Notes: generated by a model not told the origin, from the sequence alone. Shown: positions 10,104 to 19,411, counted from the first letter of the stretch. The stretch: 64,000 nucleotides of DNA from Bacteroidota bacterium (GCA_013286315.1 JABDFX010000005.1:6435-70434); one strand, 5' to 3'. Translations and numbers: made by a program.

Positions 10104-11097
10104 ACTTCTTCGGGGGCTGCTTCAACAGGTTTTCATCCACATCACCGGCATCATTCAAAATTTTCTTTTCCACCGGAAACTGACCTTCCTGTAAAGTAGC
10201 ATTGAAAACTTTGTTAACGTGCAGCCACTGATCATTCCGCCACACGAATCCTTCATAATCACCATCCGGCACATAGCTTTCCTTACGGTTCGGTTCATCC
10301 GTTTCAGAAACCAGATGGTCGTAAACAATCATATTCAGGGAAGAATCGTAATTGAACGTGGTGACGGCTTCCTTTTTATATTCTATAAAAAAACGGTCAA
10401 CTTCTTTTTTTGAAGCCTTGGCGGAATCATCCTTAAACGAAAAATAAGGTCCGCCAAATACCGGTTGTCCCTGCTCGTTAAATGTGAGTACCTCCATCCA
10501 TTTTTTATTGCTGTTGATGGTAAAGTCGTCAAAACCAAGCAGGGTATAAATATTTTTGCCTTTGACATTCTTCTGGATAATACGATAGTAAATCGCGCCG
10601 ATCCAGTTATTCGCTCCACGTATCGAATCCTGTGGTTTTTTAGAGAACATGGAAACATCATGCAATGGAATCAGTTTCAGAGAACCGTCTGAGGTACGCA
10701 TCTGGATTGCTCCTCTTTGAAGAAAAACATATACATCTTTTTTTATTTGCCAGGTGAATATCCTGAAACTGCTGTCCGGTGCATATAATTTTGAAATTGT
10801 AAGAAGAGAATCAAACGGATAATAAAATGAATGCGGAATTTTTAATGATCTGACCAGTATCCGGATGAATGAACTGTCTGCACGGAATCGTTGGTTCGGT
10901 TCAGGCGCATTCACGATATCATCCGCCAAAGATTTTAAGGAGTCCTGTTGTTTTTCAAATTGTAACAATTCATTTGCCGAAATGTGATTTACGGCAGAGG
11001 CTTGTCCCCGGGCCCCTACGGTGTACAGGCATAAAAAGGAGAGTAGCAGAAAAAAGTACTTTTTCAGGGTCATGGATACCATTTGAAAATCCGTCAC
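10102..11097 (-). CDS. Conserved hypothetical secreted protein (Bacteroidota)
   Basis: 331-aa ORF with signal peptide; SFRIFTW, NWIGAIYY, YVPDGDYEGF motifs. Confidence 0.7.
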   Translation of the reverse strand: MTDFQMVSMTLKKYFFLLLSFLCLYTVGARGQASAVNHISANELLQFEKQQDSLKSLADDIVNAPEPNQRFRADSSFIRILVRSLKIPHSFYYPFDSLLTISKLYAPDSSFRIFTWQIKKDVYVFLQRGAIQMRTSDGSLKLIPLHDVSMFSKKPQDSIRGANNWIGAIYYRIIQKNVKGKNIYTLLGFDDFTINSNKKWMEVLTFNEQGQPVFGGPYFSFKDDSAKASKKEVDRFFIEYKKEAVTTFNYDSSLNMIVYDHLVSETDEPNRKESYVPDGDYEGFVWRNDQWLHVNKVFNATLQEGQFPVEKKILNDAGDVDENLLKQPPKK

Positions 11098-11151
11098 AAT
11101 TTACAAGTAAGATCATCAACTCCCGGGGCAAACCCTAATACTTTCAAAATT

Positions 11152-11712
11152 TTATGATTTTCTCAAGGCAGCAGCGAATTCATCCAAATTGTTAAAATGG
11201 AGATCGACGAGAACATCAGGCAATTCCCGGTCGGGATCGGTGGTTTTAAGAAATACCGTTTTCATACCGGCATTCCTTCCAAATAGCATATCGCTGATGT
11301 TGTTTCCAACCATGAGAGATTTATTCAGATCAATTTCGGGAAAATCCATAACCGCCTGCAAAGCCATACCAGGGTTTGGTTTCCTGCATGGGCTGTCTTC
11401 CCCGGCATCCACACAATAATAAATCCGGTCTATTCTACCAGCTTTTGCTTCAATCCCTTTGATCATTTTTTGATGAATATCTTCCAAATCCTCCAGCGTC
11501 ATCAGGCCCCTGGTAATGCCACGCTGATTGGTGGCCAGGATTAATCGTTGAAAAACGGTATTGAAATAAGCAATATTTTCCGGCGCCTGGGAATAAAAGA
11601 TAAATTCTGCCCAGTTCCTTACATAGGTCCCCGGAATTTCATAATTAATGACACCATCCCGGTCCAGAAATAAAGTCCAGCTGTGATCGATGAGAGAGAG
11701 GTTAAATGACAT
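11152..11712 (-). CDS. gmhB: D,D-heptose 1,7-bisphosphate phosphatase (HAD-IIIA)
   Basis: FLDRDGVIN, ATNQRG, RKPNPGM; lies in the heptose cluster. Confidence 0.82.
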   Translation of the reverse strand: MSFNLSLIDHSWTLFLDRDGVINYEIPGTYVRNWAEFIFYSQAPENIAYFNTVFQRLILATNQRGITRGLMTLEDLEDIHQKMIKGIEAKAGRIDRIYYCVDAGEDSPCRKPNPGMALQAVMDFPEIDLNKSLMVGNNISDMLFGRNAGMKTVFLKTTDPDRELPDVLVDLHFNNLDEFAAALRKS

Positions 11713-11740
11713 GGGTATTTGGATTAGAACGCCGATAAGA

Positions 11741-11866
11741 GTTGACGGTTGACGGTTGGCGGTTGGCGGTTGGCGGATGACAGTTGGCAGATGTCTTAGT
11801 GTAAAATATTTTAATTGTTTTAGAAAATATAATCATGTAATGGAGAATTTATACAAACCGTCAACC
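11741..11866. repeat. GTTGRCG heptamer array x7 (11741-11789) with an inverted remnant (11856-11866) overlapping the hddC stop codon
   Basis: GTTGACG GTTGACG GTTGGCG GTTGGCG GTTGGCG GATGACA GTTGGCA ... AACCGTCAACC. Confidence 0.88.
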
Positions 11867-12562
11867 AATATATGCCATCAACTCCTCCTGTGCCTGCTGG
11901 TAATCTTCGGGAATGCCGATATCGACAAAGTAAGCATTTGATACCATCGCCAGGAATTTTCCGCTACGGTAGTCCTTTTCTAAATAATCCCGCTCGAAGG
12001 AAAATTTGCCCGGAAAGGATTTATGAAGAAATGACGAAACAGAAAGCGCATACACGCCGCCGTTAATAAGACCTTCTTTGTGATATTTTTTTTCACCGAA
12101 TCCGGTGACTGTCTGTTTTTCAATTTCCACGGCGCCGTACCTGTCAAAAGCCTTCATCGGTTTTAAGGCCAATGTGCAATCGGCTTTCCTGAGTTCATGA
12201 ATGATTGCAAGATTTGAATAAGTAATACCAAAGTATGTATCGGCGTTTAATACAATCACATTCGGTCCTTCAGCCCGGCCGCAAGCCTTATAAATAGCTC
12301 CGCCCGTTCCCAATGGTTCTTCTTCTGTCGAAATAATATATGATCCCTCCGGCAGTGATTTTTTCACAAATGACTCAATCTGATCTGTCTTGTGTCCAAG
12401 CGCAAAAACGAATTTCCTGATCCCCTGTTTTTTTGAGCTGTCCAGCAGATAAGACAGGAAGGGTCTGCCCGCCACAGGAGCCAGACACTTAGGAAGATCA
12501 CCTATTACAGATTGCAGTCTCGTTCCCAGACCTCCCGCCAGAATAATTGCTTCTGTAATCAT
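11861..12562 (-). CDS. hddC: D-glycero-alpha-D-manno-heptose 1-phosphate guanylyltransferase-like nucleotidyltransferase
   Basis: ILAGGLGTRL, LPKCLAPVAGRPFL, PLGTGGA, FVDIGIPEDY; lies next to gmhA. Confidence 0.8.
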   Translation of the reverse strand: MITEAIILAGGLGTRLQSVIGDLPKCLAPVAGRPFLSYLLDSSKKQGIRKFVFALGHKTDQIESFVKKSLPEGSYIISTEEEPLGTGGAIYKACGRAEGPNVIVLNADTYFGITYSNLAIIHELRKADCTLALKPMKAFDRYGAVEIEKQTVTGFGEKKYHKEGLINGGVYALSVSSFLHKSFPGKFSFERDYLEKDYRSGKFLAMVSNAYFVDIGIPEDYQQAQEELMAYIG

Positions 12563-12568
12563 AATTTA

Positions 12569-13147
12569 TCAGGATTTAAAAAATTCTTTTTCGACCAGTT
12601 CACAAACAATATGCCCCAGTAATATATGCGCCTCCTGGATCCTGGGTGTGTCCGTGGAGGGAATATTGAATAGAAAATCAGATAGTGGTTTAAGCTTCCC
12701 ACCGGTTTCACCCGTAAATCCAATGGTGATCACTTTTTTTTGTCTGGCCGCTTCAAAGGCTTTAATAATATTTCCGGAATTCCCGGAAGTAGATAACCCA
12801 ACAAGTACATCCCCCGGATGAGCAATACCCCGGATCAACCTGGCATATACTTCATCAAAACTATAGTCATTGGCGACCGCCGTGAGATAAGAAGTATTAC
12901 AGTGAAGTGCTTCTGCCGGCAGGGCCAGCCGATCTGTATAAAATCTTCCGGAGAATTCGGCAGCTAAATGTTGTGCATCGGCTGCACTGCCACCATTTCC
13001 CGCAAAATAAACACGGTTACCCGATTTGAAGGATTTCACGATCGTGTTCACCACCTCATTCGTTGTTTTTAACATCGATTCATCCTGCAATAATTTTTGC
13101 TTAACTACTATCGAAGCGCTGATTATTTTTTTGATATGATCAATCAT
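12569..13147 (-). CDS. gmhA: Sedoheptulose 7-phosphate isomerase
   Basis: GNGGSAADAQHLAAE, STSGNS, TPRIQEAH. Confidence 0.95.
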   Translation of the reverse strand: MIDHIKKIISASIVVKQKLLQDESMLKTTNEVVNTIVKSFKSGNRVYFAGNGGSAADAQHLAAEFSGRFYTDRLALPAEALHCNTSYLTAVANDYSFDEVYARLIRGIAHPGDVLVGLSTSGNSGNIIKAFEAARQKKVITIGFTGETGGKLKPLSDFLFNIPSTDTPRIQEAHILLGHIVCELVEKEFFKS

Positions 13148-13156
13148 ATGTCAAAT

Positions 13157-14179
13157 TTAAATAGTCCATGTGGTCAGACCATGATCCACAAACTGGTAGG
13201 TTTTGCAATGACCACCAAATTCACTTAGTTTGGCCATTACCTGGAACTTCGTATTACCCGGACAATAAAAAATCATAAATCCACCACCACCGGCACCGGA
13301 AATCTTTCCCCCTGTTGCGCCAGCCGATTTCGCAGCGAGGTAAATTTCTTCCATACGGTCATTGGAAATACCTTCTGCCATGCGGCGCTTTTGTTGAAAG
13401 CCAAAATCCAGGATCTCACCAATTTCGTGCAGTCTGCCTTTTAACAACGCTTCCTTCATTCTCTGCGATTGTTGTTTCAGCTGATGCATGGCCTCGATGG
13501 AGGCTGACTTTTTATCCACCACATTCTGGCTTTGTTGTGTTATGATCTTCGCAGACTCCCGGCTGGTAGCCGTATAGTAAAGCAACAGATTGTTTTCAAG
13601 TTCAAACAGATATTGTTGTTTCACACGAAGCGGATTGACAATTACTTTTTCATCGTCAAAAAACTCCATGTAGTTGACGCCGCCAAAAGTAGCTGCATAC
13701 TGATCCTGTTTGCCACCCGCCATTTTCAAATCCTTGCGTTCTATTTCATAAGCGAGATGGGCAATATCATATTCGCCCAGTGGTAGTTTCAACATTTCTG
13801 CAAAAGCACCCACCATGGCGACTACCAGGGTAGAAGAAGTTCCCAACCCTGAACCTGCCGGTGCATCAACAAATGTTGACAGTTTGAATCCTGCAGGCAT
13901 ACCCGTATACTGCTTCCTGATGCGCTCGTAAACGCCTTTATGCAGATCAAGCACACCATTAAATTCGATAGGTGATCCCTTCCGGATAATCTGCTTTGTT
14001 TTATAGTCGATGGACTCAAAATGCACTTCTTCCCCCTCAAGGAGTTCAATATTCGCGTAAGCATAGAGGGAAACGGTGGCATTGAGAATGGCGCCGCCAT
14101 AAAGATCACTGTATGGACTTACGTCCGTACCGCCACCTGCCAGACCGATGCGGAGAGGAGCTTTACTTCTGTATATCAT
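13157..14179 (-). CDS. hddA: D-glycero-alpha-D-manno-heptose 7-phosphate kinase (GHMP family)
   Basis: APLRIGLAGGGTDV, PAGSGLGTSS, GGKQDQYAA, GGKISGAGGGGF. Confidence 0.9.
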   Translation of the reverse strand: MIYRSKAPLRIGLAGGGTDVSPYSDLYGGAILNATVSLYAYANIELLEGEEVHFESIDYKTKQIIRKGSPIEFNGVLDLHKGVYERIRKQYTGMPAGFKLSTFVDAPAGSGLGTSSTLVVAMVGAFAEMLKLPLGEYDIAHLAYEIERKDLKMAGGKQDQYAATFGGVNYMEFFDDEKVIVNPLRVKQQYLFELENNLLLYYTATSRESAKIITQQSQNVVDKKSASIEAMHQLKQQSQRMKEALLKGRLHEIGEILDFGFQQKRRMAEGISNDRMEEIYLAAKSAGATGGKISGAGGGGFMIFYCPGNTKFQVMAKLSEFGGHCKTYQFVDHGLTTWTI

Positions 14180-15314
14180 TAGATAAATCGAGAATGGAAT
14201 TTACCAGGTTTTTCCAGGAATATTTTTTCTTTTCCATACGAAGATGAGGAATAAAATATTGTTCTCCTAATTCGTAGAATCGCATAATGGTCTTTGCCAG
14301 AGGTACCGGATCGGCCTCTGTAACCAGTCCGGTTTGTTCATGCAGGACCTGTTCCGAAAAACTTCCCGCATTGGAAACAATCATTGGTTTTTCGTAGTGA
14401 TAGGCAAGAGGGGTTACGCCACTTTGCGTAGCATGACGGTAGGGTTGAACAACGGCGTCTGCTGCACACAAATAATATTGTACTTCTCCATCGGGAATAA
14501 AATCCGTTTTGAGAATCAATTTTTCTGAAATATTTAACTCATTAATCAACCTGTTATAGATTTCGCTGTTTTCATAAAACTCCCCGGCAATCAAAAGACG
14601 AATACCCGATTCTCTGATCACGGGCTCAGCCATCGCCCGGATCAGGATATCCAGTCCTTTGTATTTCCGGATGAAACCAAAGAATAACAGGATTTTCTCA
14701 TGCTCACCAATATACAGGCCCAGCTTTTCTTTTAATAACCTCCTGGCTTCCTCTTTTGAAATAATTTCTCCGAAATTATCATAGAGTGGATGAATGACTG
14801 TTTTGGCTGGTTTTGTTTTTTCAAATTTCCGAAGATCATCCATGACAGCATCGCTCATGGTAATAAAGGCATCGCAACTTTTCAGAAAATATCTGGTAAA
14901 AGATTTGTCACCCGTCCTTTTTTCATGGGGCAACACATTATCTGTGATGGCAACTATTTTTGTCTTGCCATTCCTGCGTATTCTTCTCAATATCGTTCCC
15001 AGTGCAGGGCCCATAAACGGCAACCAATATCTCACCACGACCAGTTCGGGAGCTTCCTCCTGTAAACGATTACCAATCACCAGCCAGTTCAGCGGATTGA
15101 CAGAATTGATCGAAGGATGTATTTCGATTCCCATGGGCGGCGGGTCGGAAGAAAACTGTGTTTTACCCGGAAAAAGAAATCCCGGATATTGTAATGAAAA
15201 TGAATAGATGGAACAGATATGTCCTTCATCCATAAAGGCCTTGCAAAGCCGCTGGTCAAAACTTGCAAGACCACCACGAAGGGGCCAGGCCGGTCCGATA
15301 ATAATTACTTTCAT
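14163..15314 (-). CDS. Glycosyltransferase family 4
   Basis: FFGFIRKYKGLD, PYRHATQSGV; overlaps the hddA start. Confidence 0.88.
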   Translation of the reverse strand: MKVIIIGPAWPLRGGLASFDQRLCKAFMDEGHICSIYSFSLQYPGFLFPGKTQFSSDPPPMGIEIHPSINSVNPLNWLVIGNRLQEEAPELVVVRYWLPFMGPALGTILRRIRRNGKTKIVAITDNVLPHEKRTGDKSFTRYFLKSCDAFITMSDAVMDDLRKFEKTKPAKTVIHPLYDNFGEIISKEEARRLLKEKLGLYIGEHEKILLFFGFIRKYKGLDILIRAMAEPVIRESGIRLLIAGEFYENSEIYNRLINELNISEKLILKTDFIPDGEVQYYLCAADAVVQPYRHATQSGVTPLAYHYEKPMIVSNAGSFSEQVLHEQTGLVTEADPVPLAKTIMRFYELGEQYFIPHLRMEKKKYSWKNLVNSILDLSNDIQK

Positions 15315-16255
15315 AATCCTGCTCTCTTTTCAACCAGGTATGCATTTCGGTTGGGAGCATTCCGGGAAATCAATTCTGCAAGGAAACCCGTTACAAAAAG
15401 TTGTGTGCCGATCACCATGGCTACCAATGCTACAAAAAAAAGCGGACGTTGGGTAAAACCCGTTCTATCAAAAAATATTTTCGATAATAACAGATAAAAT
15501 GACACCAAAAAACCAATGATAAAGAAAGACATGCCCCAGGTCCCGAATAAATGCATGGGCCTCTTCCCATATTTGCCTACAAACAAAATCGAAGCGAGAT
15601 CCAGCCCCCCGGTAATCAGGCGACCCACACCAAACTTGGAGACGCCATATTTCCTGGCATGATGCTGAACTACTTTCTCACCAATTTTTTTAAACCCGGA
15701 CCATTTGGCGATCAATGGAATATACCTGTGCATCTCACCATATACTTCAATACTTTTTACTACCCGGTTCTGGTAGGCTTTCAGCCCGCAATTAAAATCA
15801 TGCAATTCAATTTTCGATACCTTGGAAGTTACCCAATTAAAAAAACGGGAAGGCAATGTTTTCGAGAGCGGATCATGGCGAAGTTTTTTCCATCCGCTCA
15901 CCAGGTCATATCCATCATTGGTGATCATCTGATAAAGGGCGGGGATTTCATCGGGACTGTCCTGCAGATCTGCGTCCATCGTAATAACAACACTTCCCTT
16001 GCAGGATCTGAAGCCCTCATTCAGAGCGGCGGACTTACCATAATTCCTTTGAAAACGGATACCCTTTATGCAATCGTTTTGCTCATGCAGTGATTCTATC
16101 ACCGACCAGGAAGAATCAGTACTGCCATCATCCACCAGAATCACTTCATAGCCAAACTGATTGGCAGCCATCACACGGCCTATCCAGGCCACCAACTCGG
16201 GAAGCGATTCTTCTTCATTTAACAACGGCACGATGACAGATATATCCATACACAT
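15311..16255 (-). CDS. Glycosyltransferase family 2 (DPM1/ArnC-like)
   Basis: VVPLLNEEESL, DDGSTD, RNYGKSAAL, MDADLQD, HDFNCGLK; two C-terminal TM helices. Confidence 0.92.
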   Translation of the reverse strand: MCMDISVIVPLLNEEESLPELVAWIGRVMAANQFGYEVILVDDGSTDSSWSVIESLHEQNDCIKGIRFQRNYGKSAALNEGFRSCKGSVVITMDADLQDSPDEIPALYQMITNDGYDLVSGWKKLRHDPLSKTLPSRFFNWVTSKVSKIELHDFNCGLKAYQNRVVKSIEVYGEMHRYIPLIAKWSGFKKIGEKVVQHHARKYGVSKFGVGRLITGGLDLASILFVGKYGKRPMHLFGTWGMSFFIIGFLVSFYLLLSKIFFDRTGFTQRPLFFVALVAMVIGTQLFVTGFLAELISRNAPNRNAYLVEKRAGL

Positions 16256-16257
16256 GA

Positions 16258-16806
16258 TTACTTGGGTCCTTCAAAAAACTTCTTGATTGCCGGATTTTGT
16301 TTTCGCAAAATAATTGCAAAGATCAATCCGAAAACACTATCAATGACTACACTGACACCATAACCTTTTATCAGATTACCGGGGCCCGATTGATTCTCCA
16401 TATCCTTAAAACTTTTCATCTCCTGATCGATCTGTCCTTGCGGAATGTGAGCCATCTGCAGTTTGATGCGTGTGGACGCCTGGAAATTTTCCCAGAAAGC
16501 AGGATCCACTATTTTAAAATATACAAGATTGAAAATGATATATATCAGCTCGGTAATCAGGATAACAATAAAAACAGAAGCAAATATTTCTTTCAGATCG
16601 GCGTATCCTCCCAGCTCATTTTTTCTGGCGATGGCGGTAAATAAATACATCATTAAAATGATGAGATAGGATACCACCGCGCATACTACGAAGTAACGGG
16701 GATTGGAAGAAAAGAATTTATACCGGCAAAAAAGTAAAATAAAATATAACAATCCGGTAATGAAACCGTAGCGCAATCCAATCCTGTATTTTGATACCGT
16801 GGTCAT
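16258..16806 (-). CDS. DUF4199-like membrane protein
   Basis: 4-TM pattern with a periplasmic helical loop; typical Bacteroidota position between pyrC and a GT2. Confidence 0.65.
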   Translation of the reverse strand: MTTVSKYRIGLRYGFITGLLYFILLFCRYKFFSSNPRYFVVCAVVSYLIILMMYLFTAIARKNELGGYADLKEIFASVFIVILITELIYIIFNLVYFKIVDPAFWENFQASTRIKLQMAHIPQGQIDQEMKSFKDMENQSGPGNLIKGYGVSVVIDSVFGLIFAIILRKQNPAIKKFFEGPK

Positions 16807-16825
16807 TAGAACAATTTAAAACCGG

Positions 16826-17347
16826 TTAGGATTTATTTTTGAAAACATCGGGCTCGGTTTTTTTGGCAAAAGCCGCGCCCAGCAAAGACGCTATGGTATT
16901 GAAAAAAAGTGTGACCAGAAAAATAAATATCGAAAGTATCCCCGGTTGCATAAATTTTTTTGTCATTGCGATCTGGTTGTCAATCTGGTCGTCTGTCAAT
17001 TTACCGGCGGCTTGCAGATCAGTTCTCGTTTTTGTGAGGATCTGATCGATGAGTTCCGGGAATATGACGTACATGGAAAGAAGGTTGTAAACAACCATGA
17101 TGGCAGAAACAATCAGAGATATCCTGAAACCGTACCCGAAGACTTTTCCAAAGGTAACGCCGTCAACCTGGCGTGTCCCAAACTGAATACAAAAAACAAT
17201 GATTGCGACCATAGCAATAATGGTTGAAATCCATTTGAACCATGATTCGAAGCGTAAATGGGCAAATCCTCCAATGAGATCGACAACGATCAATACCAAT
17301 GCAAGCATGAGACCCTTACCCAAATAATCAGATGATTTCTTTTCCAT
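16826..17347 (-). CDS. DUF4199-like membrane protein (tandem paralog)
   Basis: Same 4-TM architecture; TFGKVFGYG motif. Confidence 0.65.
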   Translation of the reverse strand: MEKKSSDYLGKGLMLALVLIVVDLIGGFAHLRFESWFKWISTIIAMVAIIVFCIQFGTRQVDGVTFGKVFGYGFRISLIVSAIMVVYNLLSMYVIFPELIDQILTKTRTDLQAAGKLTDDQIDNQIAMTKKFMQPGILSIFIFLVTLFFNTIASLLGAAFAKKTEPDVFKNKS

Positions 17348-17368
17348 AACAGGTGTTTTGTTTATAGA

Positions 17369-18634
17369 TTAATTACTCAAGTGAAGTTTTCCTTTTGCAA
17401 TAATTCCAATTGCCTTACCCTTAAAAGGAATTCCATGAAACGGCGAATTCCTCGATTTGGAAACTGTTTTTGCCAGGTCATATGTCCAATCCAATTCCAT
17501 ATCGAAAAGAGTCAGGTTGCACTGATTACCTTTTTCGATCACGCACGGGTCAAGGTTGAATATCCTGCGGGCGTTTCCTCCGAATAATGCATAAATCCTC
17601 TCCGCTGATAAATCGGGCAATAAAGTTTGGACCACGGCATAAGAAGTTTCCAGTCCGGTCATTCCGAATTTCGCATTTTCGAACTCCAGTATCTTACTGT
17701 CATATTCATGCGGCAGATGATGTGACGCGATGCAGTCAATCGTGCCGTCCATTACGGCCTGTTTTAACTGCTCAGAAATTATTTTGGAACGAAGGGGTGG
17801 GTATACTTTCAGATTCGTATCGTAATCGACCAGTGCTTCATCACTGAAAAAAAGATGATAAGGTGTTACCGAACATGTAATCTGAATTCCGGAATCTTTC
17901 CCACGGCGTATATATTCAATTGATTTGGGAGACGTGACACCGGTAAAATGAATCCGCGAATCCGTGTATCTGGCCAGTTTTATATCACGGGCAATGATGA
18001 GTTCCTCCGACATCATAGGTTTCCCCGGAAGGCCAAGCTGGGTGGAAATAATTCCTTCATGAATTAATCCGCTGGGTGATATGCTGGTATCATCCGGGAT
18101 CTGAATAATCACTCCGTCGAAAGCTTTTATATATTGAAGCGCCTTTACCAATACCCCGGAGGATTGCACCGGATGCAGACCATCGGAAAAAGCAACAGCG
18201 CCGCTGTTTTGCATATCATACATCTCAGCGAGATGCCGGCCGTCTAAATTTTTTGTAATGGCACCGATGGCGTGAATGGTAACGGGCAATACACTATTGC
18301 GATGCCGGATAACCTCTACCTGTGACTTCCCATCGGTAACCGGTTTTGTATCCGGGATGAGAAAAACATCCGTAAAACCGCCTGCAGCTGCTGCTGCTGA
18401 TCCTGTTTCCAGCGTTTCTTTAAATTCATATCCAGGGTCGGCAAAATTGGAAAAAATATCAACCCATCCCGGACTCACCTGAAGTCCCTGATGATCGATT
18501 ATCTTGTCCGCCATTTCAGAAACAGATGGCGCAATTTCACGGATAGTGCCGTTTTCAATTAAAATATCCTGAATGGTTCCGTGATGGGAAGAGAGAGGGT
18601 CAGTAATGCAAGCCTGTTTGATTAGCAGCTTCAT
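17369..18634 (-). CDS. pyrC: Dihydroorotase-like amidohydrolase (metal ligands appear degenerate)
   Basis: PGYEFKETLETGSAAAAAGGFT, AFSDG, KVYPPLR; the HxH motif is replaced by DIFSNF. Confidence 0.75.
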   Translation of the reverse strand: MKLLIKQACITDPLSSHHGTIQDILIENGTIREIAPSVSEMADKIIDHQGLQVSPGWVDIFSNFADPGYEFKETLETGSAAAAAGGFTDVFLIPDTKPVTDGKSQVEVIRHRNSVLPVTIHAIGAITKNLDGRHLAEMYDMQNSGAVAFSDGLHPVQSSGVLVKALQYIKAFDGVIIQIPDDTSISPSGLIHEGIISTQLGLPGKPMMSEELIIARDIKLARYTDSRIHFTGVTSPKSIEYIRRGKDSGIQITCSVTPYHLFFSDEALVDYDTNLKVYPPLRSKIISEQLKQAVMDGTIDCIASHHLPHEYDSKILEFENAKFGMTGLETSYAVVQTLLPDLSAERIYALFGGNARRIFNLDPCVIEKGNQCNLTLFDMELDWTYDLAKTVSKSRNSPFHGIPFKGKAIGIIAKGKLHLSN

Positions 18635-18700
18635 CTATAAGGAATTGCGCGAAGATAAGGTATACGGATGAATCCATTTTCGGGCAATGGGTTTTTATCC

Positions 18701-18708
18701 TAAATTTG
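18701..18708 (+). promoter_or_regulatory. Bacteroidota -7 promoter element for the pseudo-tRNA/GIY-YIG/tRNA-Pro transcript
   Basis: TAAATTTG matches TAnnTTTG, about 85 bp upstream of the first tRNA-like unit. Confidence 0.55.
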
Positions 18709-18792
18709 CATCCCGCCAAGATGGAAAGTGGGACTCAGAACAGGCCAATGGAACTTAGTCCGGAGAACCTGCGATGGTAAGTTGCTTAATCT

Positions 18793-18845
18793 CGGGACGT
18801 AGCGCAGCCCGGTAGCGCGTCCCGCCTAAGGTGGGAAGGCCGCTG
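18793..18845 (+). pseudogene. tRNA-Pro 5' fragment with palindromic replacement anticodon arm (copy 1)
   Basis: Acceptor 5' strand and D-arm are identical to tRNA-Pro; anticodon arm is TCCCG-CCTAAGG-TGGGA; then AGGCCGCTG; T-loop and 3' strand absent. Confidence 0.85.
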
Positions 18846-18855
18846 AATTGAGAAG

Positions 18856-19098
18856 ATGTTTTACATATATATTCTTTTTAGTAAATCGTTAGAAAAGTAC
18901 TATGTTGGTAGTACGAGTGATTTACAGAAGAGGATACTTCGGCACAATACCAGAGGAACCAATTTTACGTCAAAAGGAAAACCATGGAATTTGATTGTTT
19001 CCTTTGAATGTAATTCTAGGTTAGAAACAGTCAGATTAGAGTTGAAAATTAAAAAAAGAGGTATAAGCCGATACTTAACAGATAATAATTTGCTTTGA
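18856..19098 (+). CDS. Minimal GIY-YIG nuclease (UPF0213/SLX1-like), copy 1
   Basis: FYIYIL ... YYVGST..L.KR..RHN ... FT..GKPW ... LE..IKK; 80 aa. Confidence 0.9.
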   Translation: MFYIYILFSKSLEKYYVGSTSDLQKRILRHNTRGTNFTSKGKPWNLIVSFECNSRLETVRLELKIKKRGISRYLTDNNLL

Positions 19099-19101
19099 GT
19101 T

Positions 19102-19154
19102 CGGGACGTAGCGCAGCCCGGTAGCGCGTCCCGCCTAAGGCGGGAAGGCCGCTG
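19102..19154 (+). pseudogene. tRNA-Pro 5' fragment with palindromic replacement anticodon arm (copy 2)
   Basis: As copy 1, with a perfect TCCCGCC-TAA-GGCGGGA hairpin. Confidence 0.85.
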
Positions 19155-19164
19155 AATTGAGAAG

Positions 19165-19395
19165 ATGTTTTACATATATATTCTTTTTAGTAAATCGTTA
19201 GAAAAGTACTATGTTGGTAGTACGAGTGATTTACAGAAGAGGATACTTCGGCACAATACCAGAGGAACCAATTTTACGTCAAAAGGAAAACCATGGAATT
19301 TGATTGTTTCCTTTGAATGTAATTCTAGGTTAGAAGCAGTCAGATTAGAGTTGAAAATTAAAAAAAAGAGGTATAAGCCGATACTTAACAGATAA
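19165..19395 (+). CDS. Minimal GIY-YIG nuclease, copy 2 (+1 A frameshift changes the C-terminus)
   Basis: Near-identical to copy 1; A8 instead of A7 near 19360 gives KKKRYKPILNR*. Confidence 0.85.
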   Translation: MFYIYILFSKSLEKYYVGSTSDLQKRILRHNTRGTNFTSKGKPWNLIVSFECNSRLEAVRLELKIKKKRYKPILNR

Positions 19396-19411
19396 CAATT
19401 TGCTTTGAGTT

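Larger units (their letters stand above)
18793..19411 (+). repeat. Two tandem 309/310-bp units (pseudo-tRNA-Pro 5' part + GIY-YIG ORF)
   Basis: CGGGACGTAGCGCAGCCCGGTAGCGCGT starts at 18793, 19102 and 19412; the units differ by 3 substitutions and 1 indel. Confidence 0.95.

Noticed and set aside
18793-19411. Pure assembly artefact
   Set aside because: The two units differ at three substitutions and one indel, and both differ from the real tRNA by a whole arm. Read-level confirmation is still advisable.
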